This document shows, in pieces, positions 45,956 through 53,881 of a stretch of 53,881 bases of DNA. Both the position numbers and the translations under genes were made by a program. The DNA lies in the IMG/VR virus record IMGVR_UViG_3300000502_000002, positions 1 through 53,881 of that record. One strand, given 5' to 3'. This DNA is from a virus (lineage: Duplodnaviria > Caudoviricetes). Position 1 is the stretch's first letter. The number at the start of each line of letters is the position of its first letter. Below the pieces are notes generated by a model. The model did no database searches, had not been told where the DNA came from, and worked only from the letters and a program-made list of their open reading frames with translations.

Positions 45956-47290
45956 TCAATTGTAATTCTTGGCCAGCGGAAAGAATGTTCCAATCTCTCC
46001 GCGCCACATCAAATTGACCGTTCCTATCGGGCCATTACGCTGCTTGCCAAAAATGATTTCGGCATCACCGTAATGCTCGGCTCCGCAATCTTTCCCGGCG
46101 GCCTTACATTTTGGACAATAGACGGCCTCGCGGTAAACGAACGCGATAACATCAGCATCCTGTTCTATCTGCCCGGATTCCCGCAGGTCAGACATGATCG
46201 GTCGCTTGTTTTCTCTCGACTCAAGCGACCGGCTAAGCTGGGACAACGCGATAACAGGCACCATTAACTCTTTCGCGAGAGCCTTCAGACCTCGACTGAT
46301 CGCGCTAATTTCCTGCAACCGACTCTCAGCCTTGGTAGTCATCAGCTGGAGATAGTCCACGATGATAAGGCCAAGGCGATCATGCATGTGCAACCTACGG
46401 GCTTTGGCCCTCAGCTCAGACAAGGATATCGCGGGCGTATCATCGGTAAAAATCTTACGACCTGCCAAGTCTCCGAACGCCGTTGTAAGTCTAGGCCAGT
46501 CCATATCGGAGAACGTCCCGCTCCGAAGGCGAGACAGCGGAACCCTAGAAACCGTTGCCGTAAACCTGTCGTAAAGCTGGCTGCGGCTCATTTCAAGCTC
46601 AAAAATCACCGTCTTGACCTTCGCCGCTAACGCTAGATTTAAAGCTAACGCGGTTTTCCCCATCGACGGCCGGCCAGCAATAATAATCAGGTCTCCAGGC
46701 TGCCAGCCGGTCGTCATGGCATCCATGTCAGGAAACCCTGTTGTCAGGCCCGTAAGTTCACCACGATGGTTGTACCGGTGTTCATATTCCCTCGACAACG
46801 ATCTGACGGCAGTTGTCGAATCAACAACGCTGCTTGTGTTATGTCGAGCAGCGTCACTCAATTGCAGAACTAAGCTCTCCGTCTGATCGAGAGCGTCTTC
46901 CCCGCAAAGCTCATGCCCAATACTGACAATCTCAGCACCTAGCGCGATAACCAGACGCTTGAGCGATGCGTCTCTTACCAACTTGACGTAGTAGTCAACG
47001 TTAGCAGCACTCACAACAAATTCAGAAAGCTCAGCAAGATAAGACACACCGCCAACAATCTCACGGTTTTCATTAAGGGTGGAGCTGACAGAAATAAGGT
47101 CAATTGGTTCATGGCTGTCAAACAAAGATAGCATTGCCTCGTAAATCATACGGTGAGCCGTTTTGTAGAAGTCTTCCGGCTTCAGTCCAGCCTCGATAAT
47201 AGCTCCAATGGATTCTGCTCCCCCCAAAAAGACAGCTCCCAGAACAGACATTTCCGCTTCAATATTCTGCGGCTTGGCTCGGTCTTTCAT
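45956..47290 (-). CDS. dnaB: Replicative DNA helicase DnaB (phage-encoded)
   Basis: PQNIEAE.SVLG, AGRPSMGKT, IVDYLQL, LSQLSR, SDLRESGQIEQDAD and KQRNGP motifs. Confidence 0.97.
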   Translation of the reverse strand: MKDRAKPQNIEAEMSVLGAVFLGGAESIGAIIEAGLKPEDFYKTAHRMIYEAMLSLFDSHEPIDLISVSSTLNENREIVGGVSYLAELSEFVVSAANVDYYVKLVRDASLKRLVIALGAEIVSIGHELCGEDALDQTESLVLQLSDAARHNTSSVVDSTTAVRSLSREYEHRYNHRGELTGLTTGFPDMDAMTTGWQPGDLIIIAGRPSMGKTALALNLALAAKVKTVIFELEMSRSQLYDRFTATVSRVPLSRLRSGTFSDMDWPRLTTAFGDLAGRKIFTDDTPAISLSELRAKARRLHMHDRLGLIIVDYLQLMTTKAESRLQEISAISRGLKALAKELMVPVIALSQLSRSLESRENKRPIMSDLRESGQIEQDADVIAFVYREAVYCPKCKAAGKDCGAEHYGDAEIIFGKQRNGPIGTVNLMWRGEIGTFFPLAKNYN

Positions 47291-48177
47291 TCCAGCCCCG
47301 CCTCCCTCATTGTTGCCTCAAACTGCGCCCTCTTTCGTGCCCGGCGCTCAATCTCTTCCTGAGATAATTGCTCTTCAACCTGCTCCGAAGCCGTCTTTGC
47401 TGTGTTGTTCAGATAACCTTCGAACTTGCTGGCTCGGAATAGCGTTGCCGGTCTGAGGTATTTCATCATTTCCCCATCATTGCCCCATTCCCTGACCTGG
47501 TTGTCAATCGCAAGCTTGCAATCATCTACCGAAAATCCTTCTCTGAATCTTGCCGTTATGATGTCAACGTTAGCTTTTGATTTCGTCGAGTATGTCTTTC
47601 CTGTTTTCTGATTCAGGTATTCAATGACCTGGTACACAGAGTCGGACTTCAGGCCGACAGGAGCCGAAGGCTCTTTTTCTTTTTCTTGTTTTTCTTTTAT
47701 ATCCATTCCATTCCCTTCCTTTCCCTTCCTGTCATCCCCAATGTTTCCCGGATGTTTCCCCAATGTTTCCCCAATGTTTCCATTGTTATCAATGGCATCG
47801 ATAACCAACGTCATTTTAGATACTTGTGGGTTTTTTGCTTTATCGACAGCTTCTTTTCCGGTGATCCTCTGGTGTTCGGTAAACGTTGGGATGTAGCCAT
47901 AGAGCTTTCCATCATATTCCATCCGAGTTATCAGCCCATTTTCAGCAAGTAGTAATAGGGTCTTCTCAAGTGTTTCCCCAATGTTTCCCCGCCATACAAA
48001 GGGAAGAATATCTAACGCGAGCTGCCTTGGCCTCCACTCGAATACCCCCTGCTTGTCGCAGTGCCCCCACAATCCACAGAAGACAAGCATCGGCCTCATT
48101 TCAAGATGCTTCTCTTCAAGGTCTTGCAGCTTTTCATGCCTGAAAAAATCAGGCTTGATGGTCCTTATTCGTGCCAT
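47287..48177 (-). CDS. Phage replication initiator with conserved phage C-terminal (Phg_2220_C-like) domain
   Basis: MARIRTIKPDFF N-terminus; I.YLN.KTG and YLRP.TLF..SKFEGYLN C-terminus; internal iterons. Confidence 0.88.
   Translation of the reverse strand: MARIRTIKPDFFRHEKLQDLEEKHLEMRPMLVFCGLWGHCDKQGVFEWRPRQLALDILPFVWRGNIGETLEKTLLLLAENGLITRMEYDGKLYGYIPTFTEHQRITGKEAVDKAKNPQVSKMTLVIDAIDNNGNIGETLGKHPGNIGDDRKGKEGNGMDIKEKQEKEKEPSAPVGLKSDSVYQVIEYLNQKTGKTYSTKSKANVDIITARFREGFSVDDCKLAIDNQVREWGNDGEMMKYLRPATLFRASKFEGYLNNTAKTASEQVEEQLSQEEIERRARKRAQFEATMREAGLE
47736..47779. repeat. Replication-origin iterons (4 x 11 bp, consensus CCCCAATGTTT)
   Basis: Tandem units at 47736, 47747 (variant), 47758 and 47769; more copies at 47971-47990; adjacent T/pyrimidine-rich tract. 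Confidence 0.75.
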
Positions 48178-48201
48178 AGCGTTAACCTCGCTGCTTAATG
48201 G

Positions 48202-48387
48202 TCAGTCTTTTGGGGTACCTGCCACTATCGTTTTTTTTATGACGCGCTTGGCCCGTTGCTGAGCAGCAAACATCATAAATCTAGTTAAGGATCTTCCGTC
48301 TTCCTTAGCCGCTTTTGCGAGGTATCGCTTTTCATCATCCGTCATATAAACCGGGAATGTTTTCGTTTTACCTGTCTCTTTCGCCAT
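48202..48387 (-). CDS. RHH/DUF1778-like DNA-binding protein
   Basis: TFPVYMTDDEKRYLAKAAKEDGRSLTRFM; start ATG 48387 after GGAG. Confidence 0.75.
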   Translation of the reverse strand: MAKETGKTKTFPVYMTDDEKRYLAKAAKEDGRSLTRFMMFAAQQRAKRVIKKTIVAGTPKD

Positions 48388-48466
48388 AACTCCGCTCTCC
48401 TGTATTTGATCAACCCGCCGCACAAGATGGTATGCGGCGGGATTATGGCTAAACCATGCCTACCGT

Positions 48467-48895
48467 CTAATAAGGAAATTCTTCTTCGGGGTTGAACGTA
48501 GGTTCTTCGTATCCCTGCCTTGGCTCATCTTCCCATGGATCCTTGCCGCTTTCTTGCTCTCGGGGATCAGTGTCGCTTGCATCCCAGACAATCCACCGAA
48601 TTTTCATGCGCTCATGTCCGGTGCCCTTATCTTTCCAGTATTCCGGCCTTGGAGTCGCGTTGGTGATATAGATGGCCTGCCCCTTAATGAACTGCATACC
48701 TAGAATTTGCTCAGCAGTGGCCCCAAATGCAACGCAGTCGAACCAAACCACCTTATTGCGACTATCTCCCTTCTTATGGGTATTGAAGGCGACTGAGAAC
48801 TCACAAACGGTTTTCCCGGCGCGTGTCTTTTTAGCTGCGCTTTCAGGTGCGCGGCCCAAGTGTCCAGATATTGCTAACTTCACATAATTCGGCAT
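48467..48895 (-). CDS. ssb: Single-stranded DNA-binding protein
   Basis: G.LGR.PE, FSVA.N, WF.C.AFG..AE and KG motifs, acidic tail EEEFPY. Confidence 0.88.
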   Translation of the reverse strand: MPNYVKLAISGHLGRAPESAAKKTRAGKTVCEFSVAFNTHKKGDSRNKVVWFDCVAFGATAEQILGMQFIKGQAIYITNATPRPEYWKDKGTGHERMKIRWIVWDASDTDPREQESGKDPWEDEPRQGYEEPTFNPEEEFPY

Positions 48896-48906
48896 GAACT
48901 AACCTT

Positions 48907-49815
48907 TCACTTCTTGTCGGCTGGGAACTCGTCGTCATCCCCAGGCTCTTGCTGTTTATGACTGTCACCACCAGGCTCTTCTTCGAAGTCGGTGCTATCA
49001 ACCTCTATGGCGCGAGACGTGATTTCGCTAATGTCTTGCGCGGCCTCTGGATCAAATACGCTAACTTTGCCGTCAGCATCGATGGAGCCGGACTTTTCAA
49101 CCGAGGCTGGGAGCCAGACATAACTCATGCGCACGATGGTCTTCATGACCATCGCTTCAAAGTCGGTTCTCCAGGGGCCTTGATCTTTTGCTTTTGAGCG
49201 TTCACGCCGCTTGAGAATTTCGTACATCGGGTAATAAAAAAAGTCATCACCTCCAGCCTTGTAGCGCACAATGAGATACCCACCGATTAACCTACCCGGC
49301 TCTGTAAACGATTCATCTTTTCTGATATGCCAGGGAATGTGCGTTAACTCGTCTTTTTCGGACGTAAATTTCAGATCCATGATGTCGTTCTCGTAGACAA
49401 GGCGCACTTTTGGAATACCAATGGTAGCGCCGGAGCGCTTAACCAGCTCAAGCTCGCCACGATAGCCAATAATAAACTGGCACTCATAACAATTACGGTT
49501 CCGATTTTTATACGGAACTAGATATGCCCGGCCCTCAAGGCCAATCTCAAGGCCAAGGGCTGCCGAACGCATCATGGCGCCATAAACGGTTGTGCGATCA
49601 CATTGAGCGAGCAGTGGGTTATTCCGCATTTCTGTCAGGACCAATCGACAAAGACGGTCTGCGGTCAGGTTAGTCGCCTCCGGGAGCGCCATGGCAAGTT
49701 GCGGCTTGAGCGATTCGAGCGCCATTGCGAATGTTTTGGCCGGGGCCTTATTTGCTGCCTCGGACTTCTTGAGTAATTTTCCACCTACATCATTATTTGG
49801 CTTTCCTGTAGCCAT
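48907..49815 (-). CDS. recT: RecT family single-strand annealing recombinase
   Basis: A.LGLE...G.AYLVPY, QFIIGYRG..EL..RSG and GPW.TDFEAM..KT motifs; start MATGKP after AAGGA. Confidence 0.92.
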   Translation of the reverse strand: MATGKPNNDVGGKLLKKSEAANKAPAKTFAMALESLKPQLAMALPEATNLTADRLCRLVLTEMRNNPLLAQCDRTTVYGAMMRSAALGLEIGLEGRAYLVPYKNRNRNCYECQFIIGYRGELELVKRSGATIGIPKVRLVYENDIMDLKFTSEKDELTHIPWHIRKDESFTEPGRLIGGYLIVRYKAGGDDFFYYPMYEILKRRERSKAKDQGPWRTDFEAMVMKTIVRMSYVWLPASVEKSGSIDADGKVSVFDPEAAQDISEITSRAIEVDSTDFEEEPGGDSHKQQEPGDDDEFPADKK

Positions 49816-49937
49816 CTCAATTCCTTTCAAATTTTGCACTTTCTCCAATTGGATTGGAGATATGGTTAAAAAAAACTTCTCCTTTGCGGAAACAACTAAA
49901 TTTCCGGGAGTGCGGCTTTTGACTCCAACGACCCTGG

Positions 49938-50942
49938 CTATTTCAGTTCTTTCTCTTTGAGTATTTTCACACTGAACCGACGGCTTAATGTCTCCTTCAG
50001 GTAACGGCGGTAGATTTTCGGTGCGCGTTCTTTCATTACCTCGGTGTCCAGTCTTTCGGTTGTGCTATTCTTCCATTTCAATTGGATTTCCCCACAAACG
50101 GCAACCTGTGCGTTTTCCATGATCCCTTTCATTTTGTTCTCGGCCTCACGCTTCCGCCCCTCAGCTTCTTTAATGTCGGCTCCGGCAACCTCTCTTTGGC
50201 TGACTAGCGACATAATCTCTTCCTTGCGATCAATGGGAATCTCGACGATCTTTCCATTATCTTCCGGGTAGAGCATCTTCAGGAGGTTGGTACTAATCTC
50301 GGATCCGTCAAGATCAGGCGGAGTGCGGTTGACAACCATTTCCCAAAAATCAAGTTCGGCACATTTTATTGCGTCGATAATATCCTCGTCGCGGTCGATC
50401 CTGAACGGTCCCACGTATTTCTGACCACCGACAAGGCAAGCGATATACCAGAACGGCAACCCCGTCACCATCATGTAGTGATGGCACTGAATTTGGTATG
50501 CCTCAGGAACTGAGCCTTCGGCCCAAAGATTTGACATAAATTGATTTGCTGTTTTGCACTCCAGCCCACCGAGGCCGAGCCTCTTGTCAAAAACCAATCG
50601 ATCTACATTGGCAAGCAAAAAGGGATGTTCGGGATGGGCCAACAGATAGGGGTAGGTCAAAACTTTTGTAATCGCTGCCTCCCGTCTTTTCGCTTCGACC
50701 GCAACAATATCTTCAAGCTGGTGGCCCCAATATGCCGCCTCGTTCTGGTCATCGTTCTCTTCCGCAGGAGTAATCTTGTCGAAGTAGAGCGACAGTTTAT
50801 TATTCCAGCTCGAAAAGCCTAATATGGCGGGGGCGTCACTGCCCCCGATACCATTCTTACGCATCCCTAGCCATTCAGTGCGCGTTAACGTGCCTGTATT
50901 GCAAACATGAGGGACTTTAATCAGCCTTTCCATTTCACTCAT
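49938..50942 (-). CDS. YqaJ-like viral recombinase exonuclease
   Basis: WL..RK.GIGGSD, WG..LE, ANVDR, LECKT and Y..Q..HYM.VTG motifs. Confidence 0.92.
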   Translation of the reverse strand: MSEMERLIKVPHVCNTGTLTRTEWLGMRKNGIGGSDAPAILGFSSWNNKLSLYFDKITPAEENDDQNEAAYWGHQLEDIVAVEAKRREAAITKVLTYPYLLAHPEHPFLLANVDRLVFDKRLGLGGLECKTANQFMSNLWAEGSVPEAYQIQCHHYMMVTGLPFWYIACLVGGQKYVGPFRIDRDEDIIDAIKCAELDFWEMVVNRTPPDLDGSEISTNLLKMLYPEDNGKIVEIPIDRKEEIMSLVSQREVAGADIKEAEGRKREAENKMKGIMENAQVAVCGEIQLKWKNSTTERLDTEVMKERAPKIYRRYLKETLSRRFSVKILKEKELK

Positions 50943-50944
50943 AT

Positions 50945-51280
50945 CTATTCAATATCCTTTCCGACTCTTATTGCGATCCGTTTTCTGAGCGCTTCGATCC
51001 TTTTCCCAGCTTCGACAACGATGTCCGAAAGCCTAACAAACTCAATTAAGAGGTCTTCGTAACCGTAATCATTTAAGTATGCATAGTCATCTTTGACATT
51101 CATTATCGGTGCATCGCCTGCCTCCTCATCCACCTCCTTGCAGTTACAGGCGCATTCATTATTATGGGTGCATACTTCATTGGCTCCAGCGTTGCTCATA
51201 CTTTGTCCTCCTGGGCATATCGCCCATCTAGCAATTAAAGGGTTGATCAAAAAGCAGATAGGATTGTATTTTTTATCCAA
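50945..51280 (-). CDS. Hypothetical Cys-containing protein
   Basis: 111 aa abutting the YqaJ gene; TTG start lies inside the palindrome at 51278. Confidence 0.5.
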   Translation of the reverse strand: MDKKYNPICFLINPLIARWAICPGGQSMSNAGANEVCTHNNECACNCKEVDEEAGDAPIMNVKDDYAYLNDYGYEDLLIEFVRLSDIVVEAGKRIEALRKRIAIRVGKDIE

Positions 51281-51683
51281 TTCAATTGCAATATAATTCT
51301 ACTATGATTCTATTTTTCTAAAGACATGTTTCATGTTTTCGACATTTCATATTGGCTGGCACAACGCTCATATGCTATCTATTATGCAGAAAAAAAAGCC
51401 AAATCATTCCAATTGATTAGGGAAATTTATAATCACTCATAATAGGAAAAACCTATTCCCGATCAAATTTATAGCAATTGCATCAACTCATTGTTTTTTA
51501 ATACGATACAGGAGTGAGAAATCTCCAAAACAAAGATTAGGTAAAATTAAATTTGCTATTTTTTTGCTATTGAAGTAATACTATTTACACAATTCAATTT
51601 TATTTTAGTTTTTTTTTGATGGAAAAGAGGTTTGTTTTTTTTAACAGAACAGGTCGTGACATAACACAGTGAGGAGCGGGGAA

Positions 51684-52229
51684 ATGGATAAGGGAGCCAT
51701 GACGGAGAATCAAAACGAATTGGGGGAAAAAGTAGAAACAAAAAAAAGGCGATATAGAAAAGGTAAATTTCTACAGAGGGAGGAACGTCAAGAGTTAGCA
51801 TTGAAGTTGGATCGCCGGCGCGAGGAGGTAGGGTGGGACAATATAAACCAGTTTGCAGGGTCAGGCGTTGTCCCGCTGAGTGGCGAAGCGGTTAGGAAAG
51901 TTCTGCGGGGCGAGGCAACTACCGTAGAGGTATATACCTTAGTTATGATCTGCAAGTTTTTAAACTATCAACCGGCAGAGATCAAAGAGTTCTTGCAAAA
52001 GTACACCGACGACAAACACCTATGGCCAATGCTTGGAGATCGCGCATACAACATGTTTGAAGAGGCCCTACATGAGTCTGTTAATGCGATCATCGAGTCA
52101 GACCCAAGCGCCCAGGAACAGATAGCTACAATGCTCGCGATAATGGCAAAGGGTGCAGGGGTGGACATATCCAAATACATGCCTATACTCAAAGGCCTGA
52201 AAGCCGGTAAGCCGCAAAAACAAGGATAG
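51684..52229 (+). CDS. XRE/Cro-C1 HTH transcriptional regulator, probable immunity repressor
   Basis: L...R...G......FA......S...V.KV.RG.......TL..IC..L HTH pattern; divergent from the lytic replication operon and upstream of int. Start could be 51684 or 51699. Confidence 0.7.
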   Translation: MDKGAMTENQNELGEKVETKKRRYRKGKFLQREERQELALKLDRRREEVGWDNINQFAGSGVVPLSGEAVRKVLRGEATTVEVYTLVMICKFLNYQPAEIKEFLQKYTDDKHLWPMLGDRAYNMFEEALHESVNAIIESDPSAQEQIATMLAIMAKGAGVDISKYMPILKGLKAGKPQKQG

Positions 52230-52253
52230 CAGCGCACCGGGGGGAGAACAAAG

Positions 52254-53462
52254 ATGGCAGTCGTTAAACGAATCCACTGCAAGTCCTGCGGAGCTGACAC
52301 ATTCGCCGAGAACCCGCCAAAATCCGGCACGGTCCCATGCCGGAAATGCGGACTAGAAGCTACAGTGTCGGACAAATGGTACGTCAGAATGAGATTGCCG
52401 GTATCCGATGGAAAATCTAAGCTCTACTCAAAAGCCGTATCGAAAAAGATAAAAGAAGCAAAGGCGCATGAAGCAGACCTAACCGCAAGAAAATTCAAGG
52501 AAGAATACTTTGACGCAAAGAAAAAAATTCCTTTCAGTGATGCCGCCCACCAATTCCTAGAAGATTGCCGCCAGCGGGTAGCTGAAAAAAACTTAGGGGC
52601 GCGCTCGTATGAAACCTACAAAGGGATCATAGAAACAGTCCTGAACCCTTATTTTGGGAATACTGACGTTAGCGAGATTACTCCAAAAGCCTGCGAACGC
52701 TTCAAACAGGACCGAATGAAGGACACGAGACGTTACTATTCTCCTACCGATGGAGTCATCGAAAGCGATAAAACAGTTAGCTTTGCTACAGTAAACCGCG
52801 GCCTGGCAACTTTAAGCTGCATTATGAGCTATCTTAAAAAAGAAGAAGTCATTGATAGCAACCCGGTAAGCTTGGTTGCCAGGCTTAAAGAAGACAACAA
52901 GAGGGATAAGTTTCTAACGCCTGAAGAAGTTGACTTATTGCTTGATACCTGCAAAGAGAGGTCGAGTCATCTATTTATGGCTACGCTTCTTGCTCTTGAT
53001 GCTGGACTAAGAAAGTCCGCCTGCTTCAATCTCAGGTGGAAAAATATAGACTTGAAAAACAACCAGCTGTCAGCATTAACGAAGGGAAATAAGATTGTTT
53101 TCGTTCCGCTGACAGAGCGGCTAAGGAAAGAGCTGATAGCTCACAGAATGAAACAGGCCGCTAAATCCATAAATGGGTATGTCATACCGTCACCAAAAAA
53201 CCCGGAAAAGCCGATGCGGGTAGACGCGAACTTTGGCTTTGAGACTGTTTGCCGTGACCTTGGCTTTGAGGACTTTGTATTTCATGACTTGCGCCACACC
53301 TTTGTGTCAATCTTCATCGCACGCAACAATGGAGATATCTACACATGCTCAAAGATTGTCGGACACTCAACGACATACATGACAGAAAGATACGGCCATC
53401 TACTAAATGAGGCGGCACAGAGGGCTATGCAGAGATTCGGCGGTGGGGAATCGCAAAACTAA
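52254..53462 (+). CDS. int: Tyrosine integrase with N-terminal CxxC..CxxC motif
   Basis: Catalytic set GLRKS (R), TKGNK (K), HDLRH, GH and RY; adjacent to att. Confidence 0.95.
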   Translation: MAVVKRIHCKSCGADTFAENPPKSGTVPCRKCGLEATVSDKWYVRMRLPVSDGKSKLYSKAVSKKIKEAKAHEADLTARKFKEEYFDAKKKIPFSDAAHQFLEDCRQRVAEKNLGARSYETYKGIIETVLNPYFGNTDVSEITPKACERFKQDRMKDTRRYYSPTDGVIESDKTVSFATVNRGLATLSCIMSYLKKEEVIDSNPVSLVARLKEDNKRDKFLTPEEVDLLLDTCKERSSHLFMATLLALDAGLRKSACFNLRWKNIDLKNNQLSALTKGNKIVFVPLTERLRKELIAHRMKQAAKSINGYVIPSPKNPEKPMRVDANFGFETVCRDLGFEDFVFHDLRHTFVSIFIARNNGDIYTCSKIVGHSTTYMTERYGHLLNEAAQRAMQRFGGGESQN

Positions 53463-53489
53463 CAACTAAAAACACAGAACACAGTTTCG

Positions 53490-53518
53490 GCCGCATCTTA
53501 AATGATGCGGCTTTTTTT
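53490..53518 (+). terminator. Intrinsic terminator of int
   Basis: GCCGCATC-6 nt-GATGCGGC followed by T7. Confidence 0.8.
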
Positions 53519-53548
53519 ATTCTTATAGCGATTCACAAGGGTCAAAAA

Positions 53549-53621
53549 GATACCAACCGAATTGTGAAAAACATCGATTTTTTCACAATCAAATTGGGTA
53601 ATGGTATCACCATGGTATCAC
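53549..53621. promoter_or_regulatory. Putative integrase arm-type sites (right arm)
   Basis: ATGGTATCAC direct repeat at 53601 and 53612; inverted GATACCA at 53549-53555. Confidence 0.7.
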
Positions 53622-53782
53622 AAGAAAAATCCTTACAATTCAAGAACAACCAAGCCAGACAGCCTAACTATTTGTTATACTGACTTTTTTTAAACAATTT
53701 AATTGTATAATAATTACAACCACTTACACAATTCAATTGTGCCTATTGTCACTTTTTGATTGTGTTGTGTCTCACGGCCACC

Positions 53783-53821
53783 AAAAAACAAAAGCCAGTA
53801 AGTATCTAAACTTACTGGCTT
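53783..53821 (-). terminator. Phage-supplied terminator downstream of the tRNA
   Basis: 12-bp stem AAGCCAGTAAGT/ACTTACTGGCTT with a T-rich tail on the minus strand. Confidence 0.75.
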
Positions 53822-53859
53822 AGCGGGGGAGTTAATCGAATCAACTTTCCCAATTTAAT

Positions 53860-53881
53860 TGGCGCGCCAGGAAGGATTCGA
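53860..53881 (-). tRNA. 3' end of tRNA (Arg, UCU by the matching left-end fragment); partial, att core
   Basis: Reverse complement TCGAATCCTTCCTGGCGCGCCA is T-loop, T-stem, acceptor stem and CCA. Confidence 0.85.

Larger units (their letters stand above)
1..53881. mobile_element. Temperate prophage, probably short-tailed (podovirus-like), integrated at a tRNA-Arg(UCU) gene
   Basis: Integrase, repressor, recombination/replication, terminase, portal, capsid, tail fibre and lysis genes are all present. tRNA-derived sequence lies at both window ends. No tape-measure or sheath gene was recognised. Confidence 0.95.

Noticed and set aside
1-53881. CRISPR array, diversity-generating retroelement, IS element or invertible shufflon
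   Set aside because: No regularly spaced repeat-spacer array, reverse transcriptase, transposase or invertase was seen. The tail-fibre repeats are direct, in frame and lack adenine-specific differences.
53860-53881. Treating the window as a circular excised genome
   Set aside because: The ends nearly join through the tRNA core but 2 nt are missing. This fits equally well with a prophage cut inside both att repeats and cannot be decided here.

Overview
The window is one apparently complete ~53.9 kb temperate prophage bounded by pieces of a tRNA-Arg(UCU) 3' half, which form the att core. The minus-strand late region (244-37632) holds the lysis genes, a 3512-aa polyvalent protein (pyrophosphatase-like, N6-adenine MTase and Strawberry-notch-type SF2 helicase domains), probable ejection proteins, a modular 2274-aa tail fibre, head/portal/terminase genes, RusA and small accessory genes. 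The layout suggests a short-tailed (podovirus-type) virion. A ~1 kb non-coding switch region (37633-38667) separates it from a plus-strand accessory operon (MoxR/CbbQ-like AAA+ ATPase, VWA-like partner, Nmad5-like gene, small ORFs). A minus-strand YqaJ-RecT-SSB-RHH-initiator-DnaB operon and a plus-strand XRE repressor plus tyrosine integrase follow. The main signals not explained by gene content are: (1) an internal att-like site (core match plus arm-type repeats) in the switch region; (2) 12 perfect copies of the palindrome CAATTNAATTG concentrated at promoters, gene starts and att; (3) roughly 3-fold excess of GTTAAC; (4) a 95-bp identical in-frame repeat bounding tail-fibre modules; (5) a DDxxD helical protein next to an ejection-type protein starting MGC; (6) structured leaders before the portal, scaffold and accessory operons. 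Family assignments come from motif recognition by eye, not database searches. The host cannot be determined from this window.
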